In this document: piece after piece, positions 1 through 12,034 of the stretch
Numbering within the stretch: the first letter of the stretch is position 1
Layout: the number at the start of each line of letters is the position of its first letter
From: Eledone cirrhosa
Taxonomy: Eukaryota
Direction of reading: 5' to 3'
DNA length: 64,000 nt
Assembly: GCA_964016885.1 (NCBI GenBank)
Contig: OZ024742.1
Span: forward strand, 79,918,001 to 79,982,000
Program-made: the position numbers and the translations under genes
The notes under the pieces: model-generated
What the model was told of the DNA's origin: nothing
Seen by the model: the letters and a program-made list of their open reading frames with translations, nothing else
Databases searched by the model: none

Positions 1-646
1 ATTCTGAAAAAAACAACCCAAAAAACAAAAACAAAAAAATAAAAAAGTTAATTTGGTGAGGCAGCGTGGAGAGAATACAAAACTGATTCAATGTTGTGTA
101 TCGTATGTATGAGTGTAAGCAAAATATGTAAGACAAACGAGCTTCGTGGTTTTAGGTGCAAAGGATATGCAGTTACCCCATTGGTAATCACATATACCTG
201 TATAATTGCTATATAACAGATAAAGAGAAATTAAATCTGCGCCTCTGAGTCAATAACTGTAGCATTTAATTTAATGACCAGATGTAGAACTATACTAGAC
301 TGTTCGTTTCTTTGATATTTAGTGATTGTTTGATTCTGCTGTTAAAGGAAGCCGCGATATTATGGTTTCATTCGAGGGTGCTTTCAAGTTCTCTGTTTAA
401 AGAGGTTCAGCATTTCAGATGTGAAGTTTTTTTGTTCAATCTTGTACGAGGTATTTATTACAAAATGGTACCATCTGCTTAAAACAAGTAGCTTGTTAAT
501 CAATAGAAGCGAGAATGTAAGAGCTAGTCACAAGGAAGATTTAAGTGGAGTTTAACTCATGTAGTCTGTAGTAGAAGTTGAAGTAAGAATAAATGTTCAA
601 ACAGTCGCGCTCTCTTTTTCTCTCTCTCTTTGTATATATATATATA

Positions 647-2195
647 TACGTGGGAAAGTAAAAAATCGGAGAATAGACCGTTAAAACATGTTTATTTAAA
701 ATATCACCTACGTACGTTTCGCCCAGTTCGGCTTCTCAAGTGCATAAATAATCACAAGTGTTCCTTATATTACTCGGAAAGAGTTTTGGGGGTTAAATCC
801 ACATCAAGGTTCATTGCTCGCAAAAATATCTTGTTTTGATTTTGCAGCAGGTCAAGGGAGTTAACTCTGGCCGGTGTTAGGGCAGTCTTTCCCGGACAAA
901 TTTTTTTTTTTTTTTTTTTGCCGCATCCGTTTGTCTGAGGCTGGGTCTGGTATGCAAGGATTGTTTCCTGGGTGTTATTTTGCAGCGCCTGCCCGCCGGG
1001 GTGTTAAGGCTTGTTGCAGGGAGATCCAGTGTACTATTTCACTCTTCATCCTTAACCCATCTGAAGAAGGATATTTTTAAGCGATGTGTAATACTTATCG
1101 CTGTTTCAGCTCTGCTGTTGATGAGCTCGTGGGGTGCAGTTATGATGTGGTAGAGCTCCATGAGGCAAAGATCGCATTTCCTCTTGAAGTTGTACTGTGC
1201 AGCCCTGCCGACAATCTCCCAGTGCGTGGAGAGGTTGATGTTTAAGTCCTTTAGTGATGTGATGTAGTCCCGAGCGAGGTGGAGTGCCTTAGTTTTCTAT
1301 TTGTGAAAGAGTGGAGATGTGTTCGAAACCTAATTTTGAATGGGCCGGAGGTGGCTCCTATATAATGTTAAACGCTATTGTGGCTAGTAATAGTGCATCT
1401 ATATTTAACCCTATCAGTCAAGCAGTATCCTCTAAGGGGGCAACGTCCTCTGTCGCGGCAGTTGCAATTCCTGTCGCGGTTCCGTCTATTTCCCACGGTA
1501 AGGCTATCATTGTTGCTGCCTACGTTGTTACCTACGCTACCGCAGCTGTCGTTAGCACAATTACCACCCATAGCACGCGGGGTGGTGCGATTGTTATTCC
1601 GCACGTCATGTTCTGCATGTTCCTCAGTCATTTCGCGGTTATTCTGGTTGCGTCTGCGGATGCCGTTGCCAACACTATTGGATGCTGCCAGGGAGTTGTT
1701 AAGGCCGATATAGTTATTGTCAGGTGTAGGTGCGTCTGTGTCGATGTGCTGTGTCTTGGTGATCTTACTGTGGTTCGTTGTTCCTATGATGTCTGCTAGG
1801 TTAGGAGTAGTAGAGAAGGATATTTTTATATTGTTCCTATTAAGAATTTTTCTATACCTATGGTTGGGCGGGAAGTTCTTCTCTAAGGCTTCGAAGAACA
1901 TCCGGGGTATGTTGGAGGCCACACTCCGAGAGTAGGGGGGGGGACCATAGGACGTTACGGTGGCGATTACGTGTCCTTGTACTTTTGCTACCGGTGGTTC
2001 CATCTAAGTGACCGCTCTTATGTGTGTTAATGCGCAGTCGCCTGTTCGGTGCCCCTTTCACTTTATGCTCTGTTGCACTCTTTCTACCTCTTCCATGTTT
2101 ATGTACACGAAGATGTTGATTGGAAGGCGTTGGTAGTAGGCCGTCGCCTTTGTTGGTTTTGTAATAGGGGAATAGTTTGAGTAATCTACAGTGTT
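647..2195 (-). mobile_element. 5'-truncated Penelope-like retroelement (Naiad-like): RT-thumb/linker + GIY-YIG endonuclease + 3' pLTR
   Basis: Frameshifted minus-strand ORFs give RHRNVLW.PPYSRSVASNI..F...LEKNFPPNHRYRKILNRNNIKISFS, then CNC...CPLRGYCL..VKYRCTI, followed by the YIG region. A closely similar inverted copy lies at 7351-8750. The element ends in (TA)n. Confidence 0.85.
705..743 (-). ncRNA. Type I hammerhead ribozyme variant (U3-A8 core) in PLE pLTR
   Basis: Minus strand reads gcac-TTGAGAA-GCCgaactgGGC-GAAA-CGTACG-TA-ggtg. Stem III is palindromic (ACGTACGT); stem I is imperfect. Confidence 0.6.
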
Positions 2196-2294
2196 CACCC
2201 GGCCGATTAACCCACTCTATATGCAAATTGGGCTTCTCAGCAGTTAATATGCATAAGGTAAGTATATACGTTCAACAATCTGGCAGGAAGGTAC

Positions 2295-2337
2295 ACGTTG
2301 CTGACGATAGCTAATAAGCTTGAAACTAGTACAGCGT
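2295..2337 (+). ncRNA. Type I hammerhead ribozyme
   Basis: acgttg-CTGACGA-tAGCT aata AGCTt-GAAA-CTAG-TA-cagcgt. Stem I acgttg/cagcgt, palindromic stem III ACTAGT, GUA cleavage triplet. Confidence 0.85.
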
Positions 2338-2714
2338 TCCTTTGTCAGCGTTGGACAAACGAGGAACGATGGATGCTGGACACTACGGCTTAATACGGGA
2401 TGTTTGTTTACAAACACACCGAGCATTATAATAAATGTTCGGTGAATCCATACGTACATATATATATGTATGCATGTATGTATATATATATACATATTAC
2501 TGTACGTCTGTATATATATATGTATGTACGTGTACATACTTATATTTAAGTAACAGCCGTACTAAGAGTGGGAAATGAAATTTCGTTTCATTTTTTCCGT
2601 TTATCGTTTTCGGTGCACCCGGCCGATTAACCCACTCTATATGCAAATTGGGCTTCTCAGCAGTTAATATGCATAAGGTAAGTATATACGTTCAACAATC
2701 TGGCAGGAAGGTAT

Positions 2715-2757
2715 ACGTTGCTGACGATAGCTAATAAGCTTGAAACTAGTACAGCGT
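2715..2757 (+). ncRNA. Type I hammerhead ribozyme (second copy)
   Basis: Identical to 2295-2337, exactly 420 nt downstream. Confidence 0.85.
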
Positions 2758-3024
2758 TCCTTTGTCAGTGTTGAACAAACGAGCAACGATGGTTGCTGGA
2801 CACTACGGCTTAATACTGGATGTTTGTTTACAAACACACCGAGCATTATAATAAATGTTCGGTGAATCCATACGTACATATATATATATGTGTGGATATA
2901 TGTATATATATATACATACTACTGCACGTCTGTATACATATATGTATGTACGTGTACATACTTATATTTAAGTAACAGCCGTACTAAGAGTGGGAAATGA
3001 AATTTCGTTTCATTTTCTCCAATA

Positions 3025-3270
3025 TATATATATTTATGTGTGTGTGTGCGTGTATACATATAATTAAATAAACGTATATAAATAAATAAATACTTATATA
3101 ACAAGCGCACACACATACCTACATGTAAATACACATATGTTCGGAGACGAACGTCAACCAAAACACGAAGTACACATATACACACCCACCCCTACATACG
3201 TACGAACCCGCATACTCACACAGACGCAAAACTCACGTATACACATAAGCAAAAGCATATGTACCAGAAT
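3025..3270. repeat. Dispersed repeat, unknown family; inverted homolog at about 12980-13230
   Basis: Shares ACATACGTACGAACC.GCATACTCACACAGACGCAAAACTC and flanks with the reverse complement of 12980-13230. Confidence 0.7.
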
Positions 3271-3409
3271 ATATAATATATACGCCATAACACATACAAT
3301 CAAATATACGTACGAGGAAGTATATATATATATATATAATACATTTTTATTTATTTATTTATTTATTTATATTTCCCTTAGGTCACCATTGTTTGTTTGG
3401 GTATGGTTG

Positions 3410-4665
3410 TTGTTATTTCATTCGTTCTTTCTCTTTAACTTTGGTTTTTAAGTTCTATCTCAGTTGCTTCTCTGATTTGCCTACCTGTTAAATCATGTTA
3501 TGCTTAGATATTATTTTAATTTCTATGTTGTCTATATTACCGTCATGCCTATGTCTGGCGTGCTCATATGGTACTGATTCGTTTTTTTACCTTTTAGTTC
3601 CCCCTCATTTTGATCTATTCTTTCTTCTGTTTCGAGCTTCCACACCTATGTATGTCGTTGTCATGTTTCTGCTAGTACCCTCTGTACATCGTATGATATA
3701 GACTACATTTCTAGTGTTCCAATTTATTTGTGTATTCATTCTACATATAACACATTTCTTATTCGTACAGTGGTTTTTCTTGCTGTTCAGTGATTTCATG
3801 GTAGTTCCAGGCTTTTCTACCACTTTAATCTTTAGGTGGGTCTTTCTGAGGGCATTTCTACATTGCTTAGCTAATTTCCCACCAGGAGTAGCATCCACGA
3901 ACATGACACTCTGGTATCTCTGGTTGTCGTACGATGAAGTGGCTTTCCCTATCTTACGTTTAGTCCTATCTAAGCTATTCTATTTGCTCCTGTATAATGG
4001 GCAAATTCCTTTCATGTCCATTTCTACGAGGGTCTTATATTTCTCCGTGGCTCCTTTGTATATTCTGTCTCGTTGGTTGTAGTCAGAGAACTCCATGCGA
4101 TTGATGAAATGTAGCGTGTGACTTTCCATTTCAGTTGGGTCGCATATGCGGGACACATTCTTCATCACTCTTACAACGTCTGCGATCAGAAGATTAAACT
4201 TAGATTGAACATTGCTGAGTTTTTGAGTATCAGGTATTTGGAGGCCATGGATTTAGGATAGTGTGAGTGGAGAATTGGGCCCTCCCGTTTATAGGATTTA
4301 ACCAGAGTTCCGTGTCTAATACAGGTAGTCTATTATTAGAGTGTTTGTAAGGGTAGTCAACGGTTACAGTTATACTCTGGTGTATGGAGTTAGCTATCTG
4401 TTGTATGTTCTCCATGGTGCTAGTTTCTAATTCATGTTTATTAGTACTCTCTTGTGGGAGTGTTCTTATTACTATATTAATATCGTCTACGTAACGAGAG
4501 TACATGACGAGGGCTATGGATTTCTCCTCTAGGAGTTCTCTGTGTCTCCTCTGCCACCATACAATAAATAGATTGGCAACATCACCAGCCATGCTGACGC
4601 CAACGGCTGCTCCCGCAATCTGGGAGTAGATCTTTTCATTAAATTTACACATAGGGCCTTTAGGG
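3410..4665 (-). pseudogene. Degenerate PLE RT (C-terminal half) + GIY-YIG; same family as 31386-34612
   Basis: Motifs GAAVGVSMAGDVANLF, YSRYVDD, PVLDTELWL, FVDATPGG.LA, KVVEKPG, C...KC.IC, NVVY.IRC and YIG. Multiple frameshifts. Confidence 0.9.
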
Positions 4666-4742
<77 letters not shown>

Positions 4743-4929
4743 TGTATACAGATATATATATATATATTTATATTGAGTTATGTTCAATTAAATTTATCGT
4801 GAAATTATTATTTTAGCTTTGTTACTTGAATACTTGTTTGTCGTTTATATTGCAGAGTATAAGATCGTTGAAAATAATGTCAAACCTGTTTGTCTGACGC
4901 TTTATACAAGTGAAATCACGGTGACTTAC

Positions 4930-5650
4930 CAGGCTTTCTTACTTGCCAAGTTCTACGTGTAAATGCAGCCGAGCCGGCACAGAGTAGTACACACGTTCAC
5001 CGTGATCAATATCAATTTCCTCAAATTTGTTAGTGATTTGACCTTTTAATACCTGAAGGGAACGAGGATCTTCACGATAAACCTGGTATTACACGAATTC
5101 CAGATCAGAATAACGTGCTTTTACTCAATGGGTTTGTGACGTTCTATCCACCTTCTAAGAAAGCTTTCATGAAGCCATTGACGAATATAATCTTCGGGGA
5201 AGAAATTTCCTATAACAGGAGTATTTTTACAGCATATCCAGGTGATTTTCACACGAAAATAAAAAAAAATCATACAATTAATGTTAATAGTTATATGGCC
5301 TTTCAAATCTTCACGGCAAGTAAATTTAACTCTTTATGAATTGTCAGTTTTGTATACTCCCCAGTCCAGCATACACAACTGTGTCTGTTAATCGTTCCGT
5401 TGTTCATTAAAAGAAGCTATATAGGACCACCACATATTGGGTGGTATTTTGGAATTCTTTATAGGGTAAAGATGAGAACCCATTACATAATAGAATTCAG
5501 CAGATGTCCTCTCCATCATATATACCATGCTGTAAAAATGTAAAGTCATTATTTTGTCTGGTGAAGGGTACTGATGAGAATTTATTGGCTCAATTCCAAC
5601 TGAGCAGTTAATATCAAACTCCAAAGACAAAACGTAAGCCTCCATTATGG
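4930..5650 (-). pseudogene. Decayed Tc1/mariner-superfamily transposase C-terminus
   Basis: Minus strand reads IRQWLHESFLRRWIERHKPIE*KARYSDL..QVYREDPRSLQVLKGQITNKFEEI. This resembles the RWIGR..P..WP.RSPDL region of Tc1/mariner transposases. Confidence 0.6.
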
Positions 5651-5824
5651 GCTTTATATTACATTTATTTTAACGTTTCACTGCCATGATGTGTAGATTC
5701 ATACAAAAGATAACTCCTAGTTCAATTTCTGGCATATTTAGTCACATTTTAACTACTCAGCAATTACTTGAAGCATAAGAATAAAGAGACCATTTAATTA
5801 ACGCCAGTCATAATCAGCGAAACA

Positions 5825-5880
<56 letters not shown>

Positions 5881-6164
5881 CGGTATGCTTATGTACATTT
5901 TTTCTTCTAACTTTGATTTTGTACCTAATTGTGTATGGTTAGCTATATGTCTAGTCAATTTCTACGGGCTATTAGAAATACTAGGTAAATCTTCTGTGGC
6001 TGTTGATCGTGGATAAAATAGCTATCATTTATTGATCTATTGTTTCTTCGTAGGTACATTTTAAACGTATAGCCTCGTTTAATTGATTTTTATCTGGTTT
6101 ATTATGCTGATTGGGAGGAGAAATACTGTATATATTTTATCAAATGATTCTATGTACTTACTTT

Positions 6165-6235
<71 letters not shown>

Positions 6236-6239
6236 TTAG

Positions 6240-7085
6240 TTATACTATTTATGGTTATGTAAATACAAAACCTTATGCAGTTATAAGTATTTTACACACA
6301 CCCTAAATAGTGGTAGGCAGTAATGTATTACTACCTTATTACCAGTAAGTTAAGTAGCTCAATGTAAAAACATCAGATGATTTACAGAGCAGTTATATGA
6401 AATATAAGAATCAAAGAACTGTTCAAAACATTATTGTGCTTACAGCTGTTTCCTCCAAACCGAGGTTTGGATTCTTCGGAGCAATTTATTAATGCATGGA
6501 CAGTTATATGACCTCCTTTTCAGCCGAGAGACATACCGATACATATTCAAACATAGTGGGTCAACATTCATTACAGAATTTAGAGTGGCAGTACACACTT
6601 CGAGATTACATTTATATTAAGAGGTACAATCAAAAATTAAAAATACAGGTTAAAATACAACATGAAGATAAGCGGTTATATAGTGCAAATGTTATATGTG
6701 TGGCACGCATGTGCGTCTTGTTTATATAGTGTGGCAGAGAGATATGTGTGGTAGAGGCACTTAGGTAGGTAAACAAGAGTGTTAGGTTGGTAGATCTTGT
6801 GGTAAATTCTTTATATGATTGATATAGTCTGTGTGTGGAGAAATATTATAAGCATTAACAATAGTGCAAGCATTAAAAGTGTTAAAAGTATTGGAGATGC
6901 ACAGCGCAGGGAAGTCAAGTATTTCATGTACTTCGGCATTTTCATGGTCAGGGGAGTGTATTTTTCGATTATATGCCCTTCACATAATCCACGACAATCC
7001 AGTTAGAGATCGTAGTCTGGTGTTCTTTAGTTCAATACAGGAGGCTGTTACGTTTCGAGAAACGCCATTGAATACCGCCCGCAAG
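6240..7085 (-). mobile_element. Old PLE 3' remnant/pLTR with hammerhead; homolog at 38500-39062
   Basis: 6301-6400 matches 38501-38600. 6405-6540 matches the reverse complement of 38930-39060. Contains an HHR and a weak ET...KEH GIY-YIG-like remnant near 7030-7070. Confidence 0.55.
6437..6483 (-). ncRNA. Type I hammerhead ribozyme variant (U4C core, CCGAAGA)
   Basis: tgct-CCGAAGA-aTCCAAAC ctcg GTTTGGAg-GAAA-CAGCTG-TA-agca. Confidence 0.7.
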
Positions 7086-7114
7086 TGTGTGTGTGGCTAA
7101 GTGTGTGTGTGGCT

Positions 7115-7340
7115 AAGAACTTTGACAATATATGAACATCCATCCGGTTGTGGAACCAACCAACCAATCGGAAATTTATAAATTCTTAAATTTATAAATT
7201 TAATTTATAATAAATTGGAGTGAAAGCACCTGGTGCGTGTGTTTCTTATTGGCAACATGACCCTCCCAAAGCATAATAATATCGGTTTCAACACACGGTT
7301 TCAGATAAAGAATCTTGCTAAACAAATTCAGAAACGAAAT
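7115..7340 (+). repeat. Solo pLTR tail fragment of the 31-34.9 kb PLE family
   Basis: Matches 34667-34890 (GGTTGTGGAACCAACCAACC...CTTATTGGCAACATGACCCTCCCAAAG...CAAATTCAGAAACGA). Further antisense fragments lie at about 9010-9085 and 51892-51922. Confidence 0.85.
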
Positions 7341-7350
7341 ATATATATAT

Positions 7351-8910
7351 ATCGCCACCGTAACGTCCTATGGTTCCACCCCACCCCCTACTCTCAGAGT
7401 GTGGCCTCCAACATACCCCGGATATTCTTCGAAGCCTTAGAGAAGAACTTCCCGCCCAACCATAGGTATAGAAAATTCTTAATAGGAACAATATAAACAT
7501 ATCCTTCTCTACTACTTCTAACCTAGCAGACATCATAGGAACAGCGATCCACAGTAAGATCACCAAGACACAGCACCTCGACATATACGCACCTACACCT
7601 GACAATAACTATATCGGCTTTAACAACTCCCTAGCAACATCCGATAGTGCTGGCAACGGCCTCCGCAGACAGAACCAGCATAACCGCGAAATGACTGGGG
7701 AACATGCAGGACATGACGTGCGGAATAACAATCGCACCACCCCGCGTGCTGTGGGTTGTAATGGTGCTAACGACAGCTGCGGGAGCGTAGGTAACAACGT
7801 AGGCAGCAACAATGTTAGTCTTACCGTGGGAAATAGATGGAACCGCGACAGAAATTGCAACTGCCACAACAGAGGATGATGCCCCCTTAGAGGATACTGC
7901 TTGACTGATAGGGTTATATATAGATGCACTGTAACTAGCCACAATAGCGTTAAACATTATATAGGGGCTACCTCCGGCCCGTTCAAAATTAGGTTTCGAA
8001 CACATCTCCACTCTTTCACAAATAAAAAACTAAGACACTCGACTTCGCTCGCGGACTATATCACATCACTAAAGGACTTAAACATCAACTTCTTCACGCA
8101 CTGGGATATTGACGGTACGGCTGTACCGTACAACTTCAAGAGGAAGTGCGATCTTTGCCTCATGGAGCTCTACCACATTATAACTGTACCCCACGAGCTC
8201 ATCAACAGCAGAGCAGAAACAGCGATAAGTTGGACACATCGCTTAAAAATATCCTTCTTCAGATGGGTTAAGGATGAGGAGTGAAACCGTGCACCGGATC
8301 TCCCTGCAATAAGTTCTAACACCCCGGCGGGCAGGCGCTGAAAAATAACACCCAGGAAACTAACCATGCATACCAGACCCAGCCTCAAACGACCCAGACA
8401 AACAGGTGCGGAAAAACAAACGTCTCAAAATAAGCGTTGGTTACATGACACTGTGCGTATCGACAATGGTAAGGTTGTAACCTAATCTTGTAACGGATAA
8501 AAATGTGTCCGGGAAAGACTGCCCTAACACCGGCCAGAGTTACCTCCCTTGACCTGCTGCAAAATCAAAACAAGCTATTTTTGCGAGCAATGACGTGAAT
8601 TTAACCCCCAAAACTCTCTCCGAGCAATGTAAGGAACACTTTTGGTTATTTATGCCCTTGAGAAGTCCAACTGGGCGAAACGTACGTAGGTGCTGTTTTA
8701 AATAAACATGTTTTAACGGTCTATTCTCCGATTTCTTACTTTTCCACGTTCTTACGCTCTGCTAACTCTCTAGCCCACTAAATATTAACACTTCGAATAT
8801 TTAATACTGCCGGCACTAGTATCGAGCACCGTTGGCATACGCTACTTGGCAAATAACTATATGTATCACCTATCCCCCCCTTTTGTTTCTCTCTCTCGAT
8901 ACGTAAATAC
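7351..8910 (+). mobile_element. 5'-truncated Naiad-like PLE: linker + GIY-YIG + 3' UTR/pLTR
   Basis: HRNVLWF.PTPYSQSVASNI, then CNC..CPLRGYCL. ORF 7901-8284 has VIYRC...YIGATSGPFKIRFRTH...CDLCLME...LINSRAE. HHR at 8654-8693; flanked by (TA)n. Confidence 0.88.
8654..8693 (+). ncRNA. Type I hammerhead ribozyme variant (U3-A8 core)
   Basis: gccc-TTGAGAA-GTCC aact GGGC-GAAA-CGTACG-TA-ggtgc. Confidence 0.6.
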
Positions 8911-8926
8911 TGTATATATATATATA

Positions 8927-9015
<89 letters not shown>

Positions 9016-9109
9016 TTTGAAAGGTTTTTGATATGAAATCGTGTGTTGAAACAGATATTTATTGTTATATTTGGGGAGGGTCATATTGTTATAATATTGG
9101 CAGAAATAA

Positions 9110-11467
9110 TAACACACTCACTGTTACTGTAGTTATCATACCCCAGGAACTACCACTCTCCGAAGCTGAGCGCTCCCTCCTCGCCCGTGGTTTGCGTTTT
9201 ATACCAACCACATCTACCTGCGACGAGTTCTGCACACGTGCCGAGATTGATGGGTTATTCCGTCGTTTAAAGCTGAAAGCTTTTTTACACGACACGCCAT
9301 CATCAACACAGGCGGATGACTTCACTCGTCTCAGTCGCCCGGAATCACATTGGACGCCGAGCTCTGGCCAGTTCAGCACCCTCGACTCCTTTGTCGATAC
9401 TTGCCGGCGTACTGTGAATCGGGTCCGTTTCCACCAGTATTCTCGTCGCTCCAACATCACGCGAACTGAGCTCTCCGCTTTTCTCAACCTTCGGCGTCGT
9501 GATGACAACATTATCATCAAACCCTCTGACAAGGGTGGGGCTGTGGTGGTTTGGAGAGCTAACCTATATAGGGCTGGCGCTCTCTGCCAGCTTCACAATA
9601 ACCTTTTTTACCGCCCTTTATCAACCGACCCCTCTCCTGGCTACCAACAACTCGTGTCCTCCACCATCCACGAGATCATCTCCTCCTCTCACCTAACCCC
9701 ACAGCCACCAACCTTATTGTACGCACCACTCGCACCCCACCCTCTACTTCCGCCACAAAATACACAAACAAAATAATCCTAGCCGTCCTATCGTTTCTGC
9801 GTGCAACAGCCCCACCGACGTAGTTTCTGAATATTTAGACACCATCCTCGCCCCGTTGGTAGGCAATCTCTCCTCCCACGTCCACGATACAAATCATGCC
9901 CTTAGACTTTTCAACTCTTTCTCCTTCCCTCCTGGTCCCTCCCGCCTTCTCTTTACTCTGGACATCACTTCTCTCTATACCGTCATCCCTCATGATGACG
10001 GCCTCCGAGGCTCTCCACATTTTTTTAGATTTACGCCCTACTCCTTGCCTCAGCATTACCACTCTTCTCCCTCTGGATGAGCTTATTCTCAGCCTTCATG
10101 GATTTTCTTTTTCGAGTGAATTTTACCAGCAGGTCTCTGGGGTAGCGATGGGAACCAGAATGGGTCCAAACTATACTGACTTATTTGTTGGCTACGTCGA
10201 AGCCCAGATATCCCAGTACACTGGACCGACTCATGAGCTCTACGGTCGTTATATCGACGACTGTATCGGCGCCATCGCTCTATCACGAGAACAGCTCGAC
10301 TGTTTTCTTTCTTTTGTCCAATCTTTCCATCCTGCTTTTAATTTCACCGCCTCCGTCCCCGATTCTTCTGTCGCTTTTCTAGATATCTCTCTATCTATTA
10401 ATCACTCTCACCACACTGTCTCTACTTCCATCCACATTAAACTAACAGGCTCCCAATCTTATCTCGACTTCACCTCCTCCCATCCAACCCACACCAACTC
10501 CATAGCCTATTCCCAATTCCTTCGTCTTCGTCTACTCCGTAGCCAGGACGACGATTTCGAAACACATTCTCTTCGCATGGCTTTTTGCTTCATCCAGCGT
10601 GGATATCGCCCACCTTGATCCAAGCTGCTCTCACCCGCGCTCAGACCGCACTACCGACCTCTCACCTCACCCCCGCCCTCCCAACACCCGTGTTCCTTTC
10701 CCTCTCACCTACCACCCCAGCACCCTACCACTCCGGCGACATATCCTCTGTTCTTTCCGTATCCTCTCTTCTGACCCCGTCAGTTCTCGCTTTTTTCCAA
10801 ACCCACGCATTACTGCTTTTAAGCGCGCTCGAAACCTCCACGACCTCCTGGTTTGTAGTTCTTTTTCGTCCTCTCCCCAAAACTCCACCCGGCTCTCATC
10901 CTTGTTCCCGTTCCCCTTGCAACAGTTGTCCCTTTATTTCCATCCTCACCACTCTTACAGGCCCTAACGGGTCTTTCCGTATCCACCATTCCTTCACCTG
11001 CACGTCCATCCACGTTGTCTATGCCCTCCGGTGTTCCCTTTGCGGGTCTTTATATATCGTAGAAATGGGACGCCGTCTGGCGGACCGGTTTGCCGAACAT
11101 TTGAGCGACATACGACTCGGTTTGGATAATCCTGTCGCCCGTCATTTCTGTTCTCCTGGTCATTCTTCCCTACATGTTTCAGTACTGGATATCCTTTTAC
11201 ATCACGTATCACAGGCCTCGCGCACCAGGACTGAACAAAGTCTGATTCACCGTCTTGGGTCATATTCCCCTCTTAGACTCAACGCACCTCACCAATTTCT
11301 CTAATACCTCGTCCATTATCACACCCCTAGATTCCTATCGTTTTCTCTTTGCTCAATACTTCGTACTTACATGCACACACACTATTTTACTCACATATAC
11401 ACACGTATCTCTTCTTAGCTTTGTTCGGACCTATAATAACACACACACACACACACACACGCACACG

Positions 11468-11546
<79 letters not shown>

Positions 11547-11900
11547 CTTACGGACGTGCTCAAGTATAGCTGTTTTTAAAAAACGGTGTTTGTCCCATTT
11601 CAGGTAGACGCGGGCCATCATCCACTTTTCTAAACGGCATTATCCACTTTTCTAAACGCAAGCACCAACAGTTTTGCAAGAGATGTCAACATAAATGGAC
11701 CTGTTATTTTTATCTAAAGACATTTTTTTCAAATTCCATCCGCCAGTTCCCTTAATCTATATTATTTCTCATTCTTTCTTCTGATGAAGGACTAGCGTCC
11801 GAAACGTTAAGACCCGCTTCCTGCTATATAAAGCGTTAACCTAATATATACCTTCCATATACTGTACCGATTGTGTTGTTATTTCTGTTTACCTTTTACA
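9110..11900 (+). mobile_element. Near full-length Penelope-like element (Neptune-like), frameshifted RT + GIY-YIG, with 3' pLTR
   Basis: LS.AERSLLARGLRFIP, KPSDKGGAVVVW, RPIVS, LDITSLYT.IPH, GVAMGTRMGPNY, RYIDD, FLDI, CSRSPCNSCP, FTCTS..VVY..C..C...YI.E.GRRLADRFAEH. The coding region ends at 11304 and is followed by (CA)n and an HHR. Confidence 0.93.
11777..11812 (+). ncRNA. Minimal type I hammerhead ribozyme
   Basis: tctt-CTGATGA-aGGAC tagc GTCC-GAAA-CG-TT-aaga, with a palindromic ACGT stem III (dimer-type). Confidence 0.8.
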
Positions 11901-11996
11901 CACACACATATATATATATATATAAAGAAAAAGAGATGAAATCAAAAATGCAACTGGAGTCTTATTTTTTTTTTAAATATATATATTTATTTGGTT

Positions 11997-12034
11997 CCTT
12001 TACCGGTTTCGCAGAGATTCTGCTTTTCAAAAGG
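11997..12034 (-). ncRNA. Type I hammerhead ribozyme variant (U3-A8)
   Basis: cctt-TTGAAAA-GCAGA atc TCTGC-GAAA-CCGG-TA-aagg. Stems I and II are perfect and stem III is palindromic (ACCGGT). Confidence 0.8.

Larger units (their letters stand above)
2196..3020 (+). mobile_element. Tandem dimer of a 420-nt non-coding unit, each copy with a hammerhead ribozyme (non-LTR retrozyme-like)
   Basis: Direct repeats start at 2196 and 2616 (period 420) and are highly similar. Each unit has an identical HHR and no credible ORF. Confidence 0.8.

Noticed and set aside
7877-7879. In-frame TGA in the Cys-rich linker of a Naiad-like PLE (some Naiads encode selenocysteine)
   Set aside because: It aligns to Arg (CGT) in the sister copy, not to a conserved Cys, and no convincing SECIS was seen. 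It is probably an ordinary nonsense mutation.
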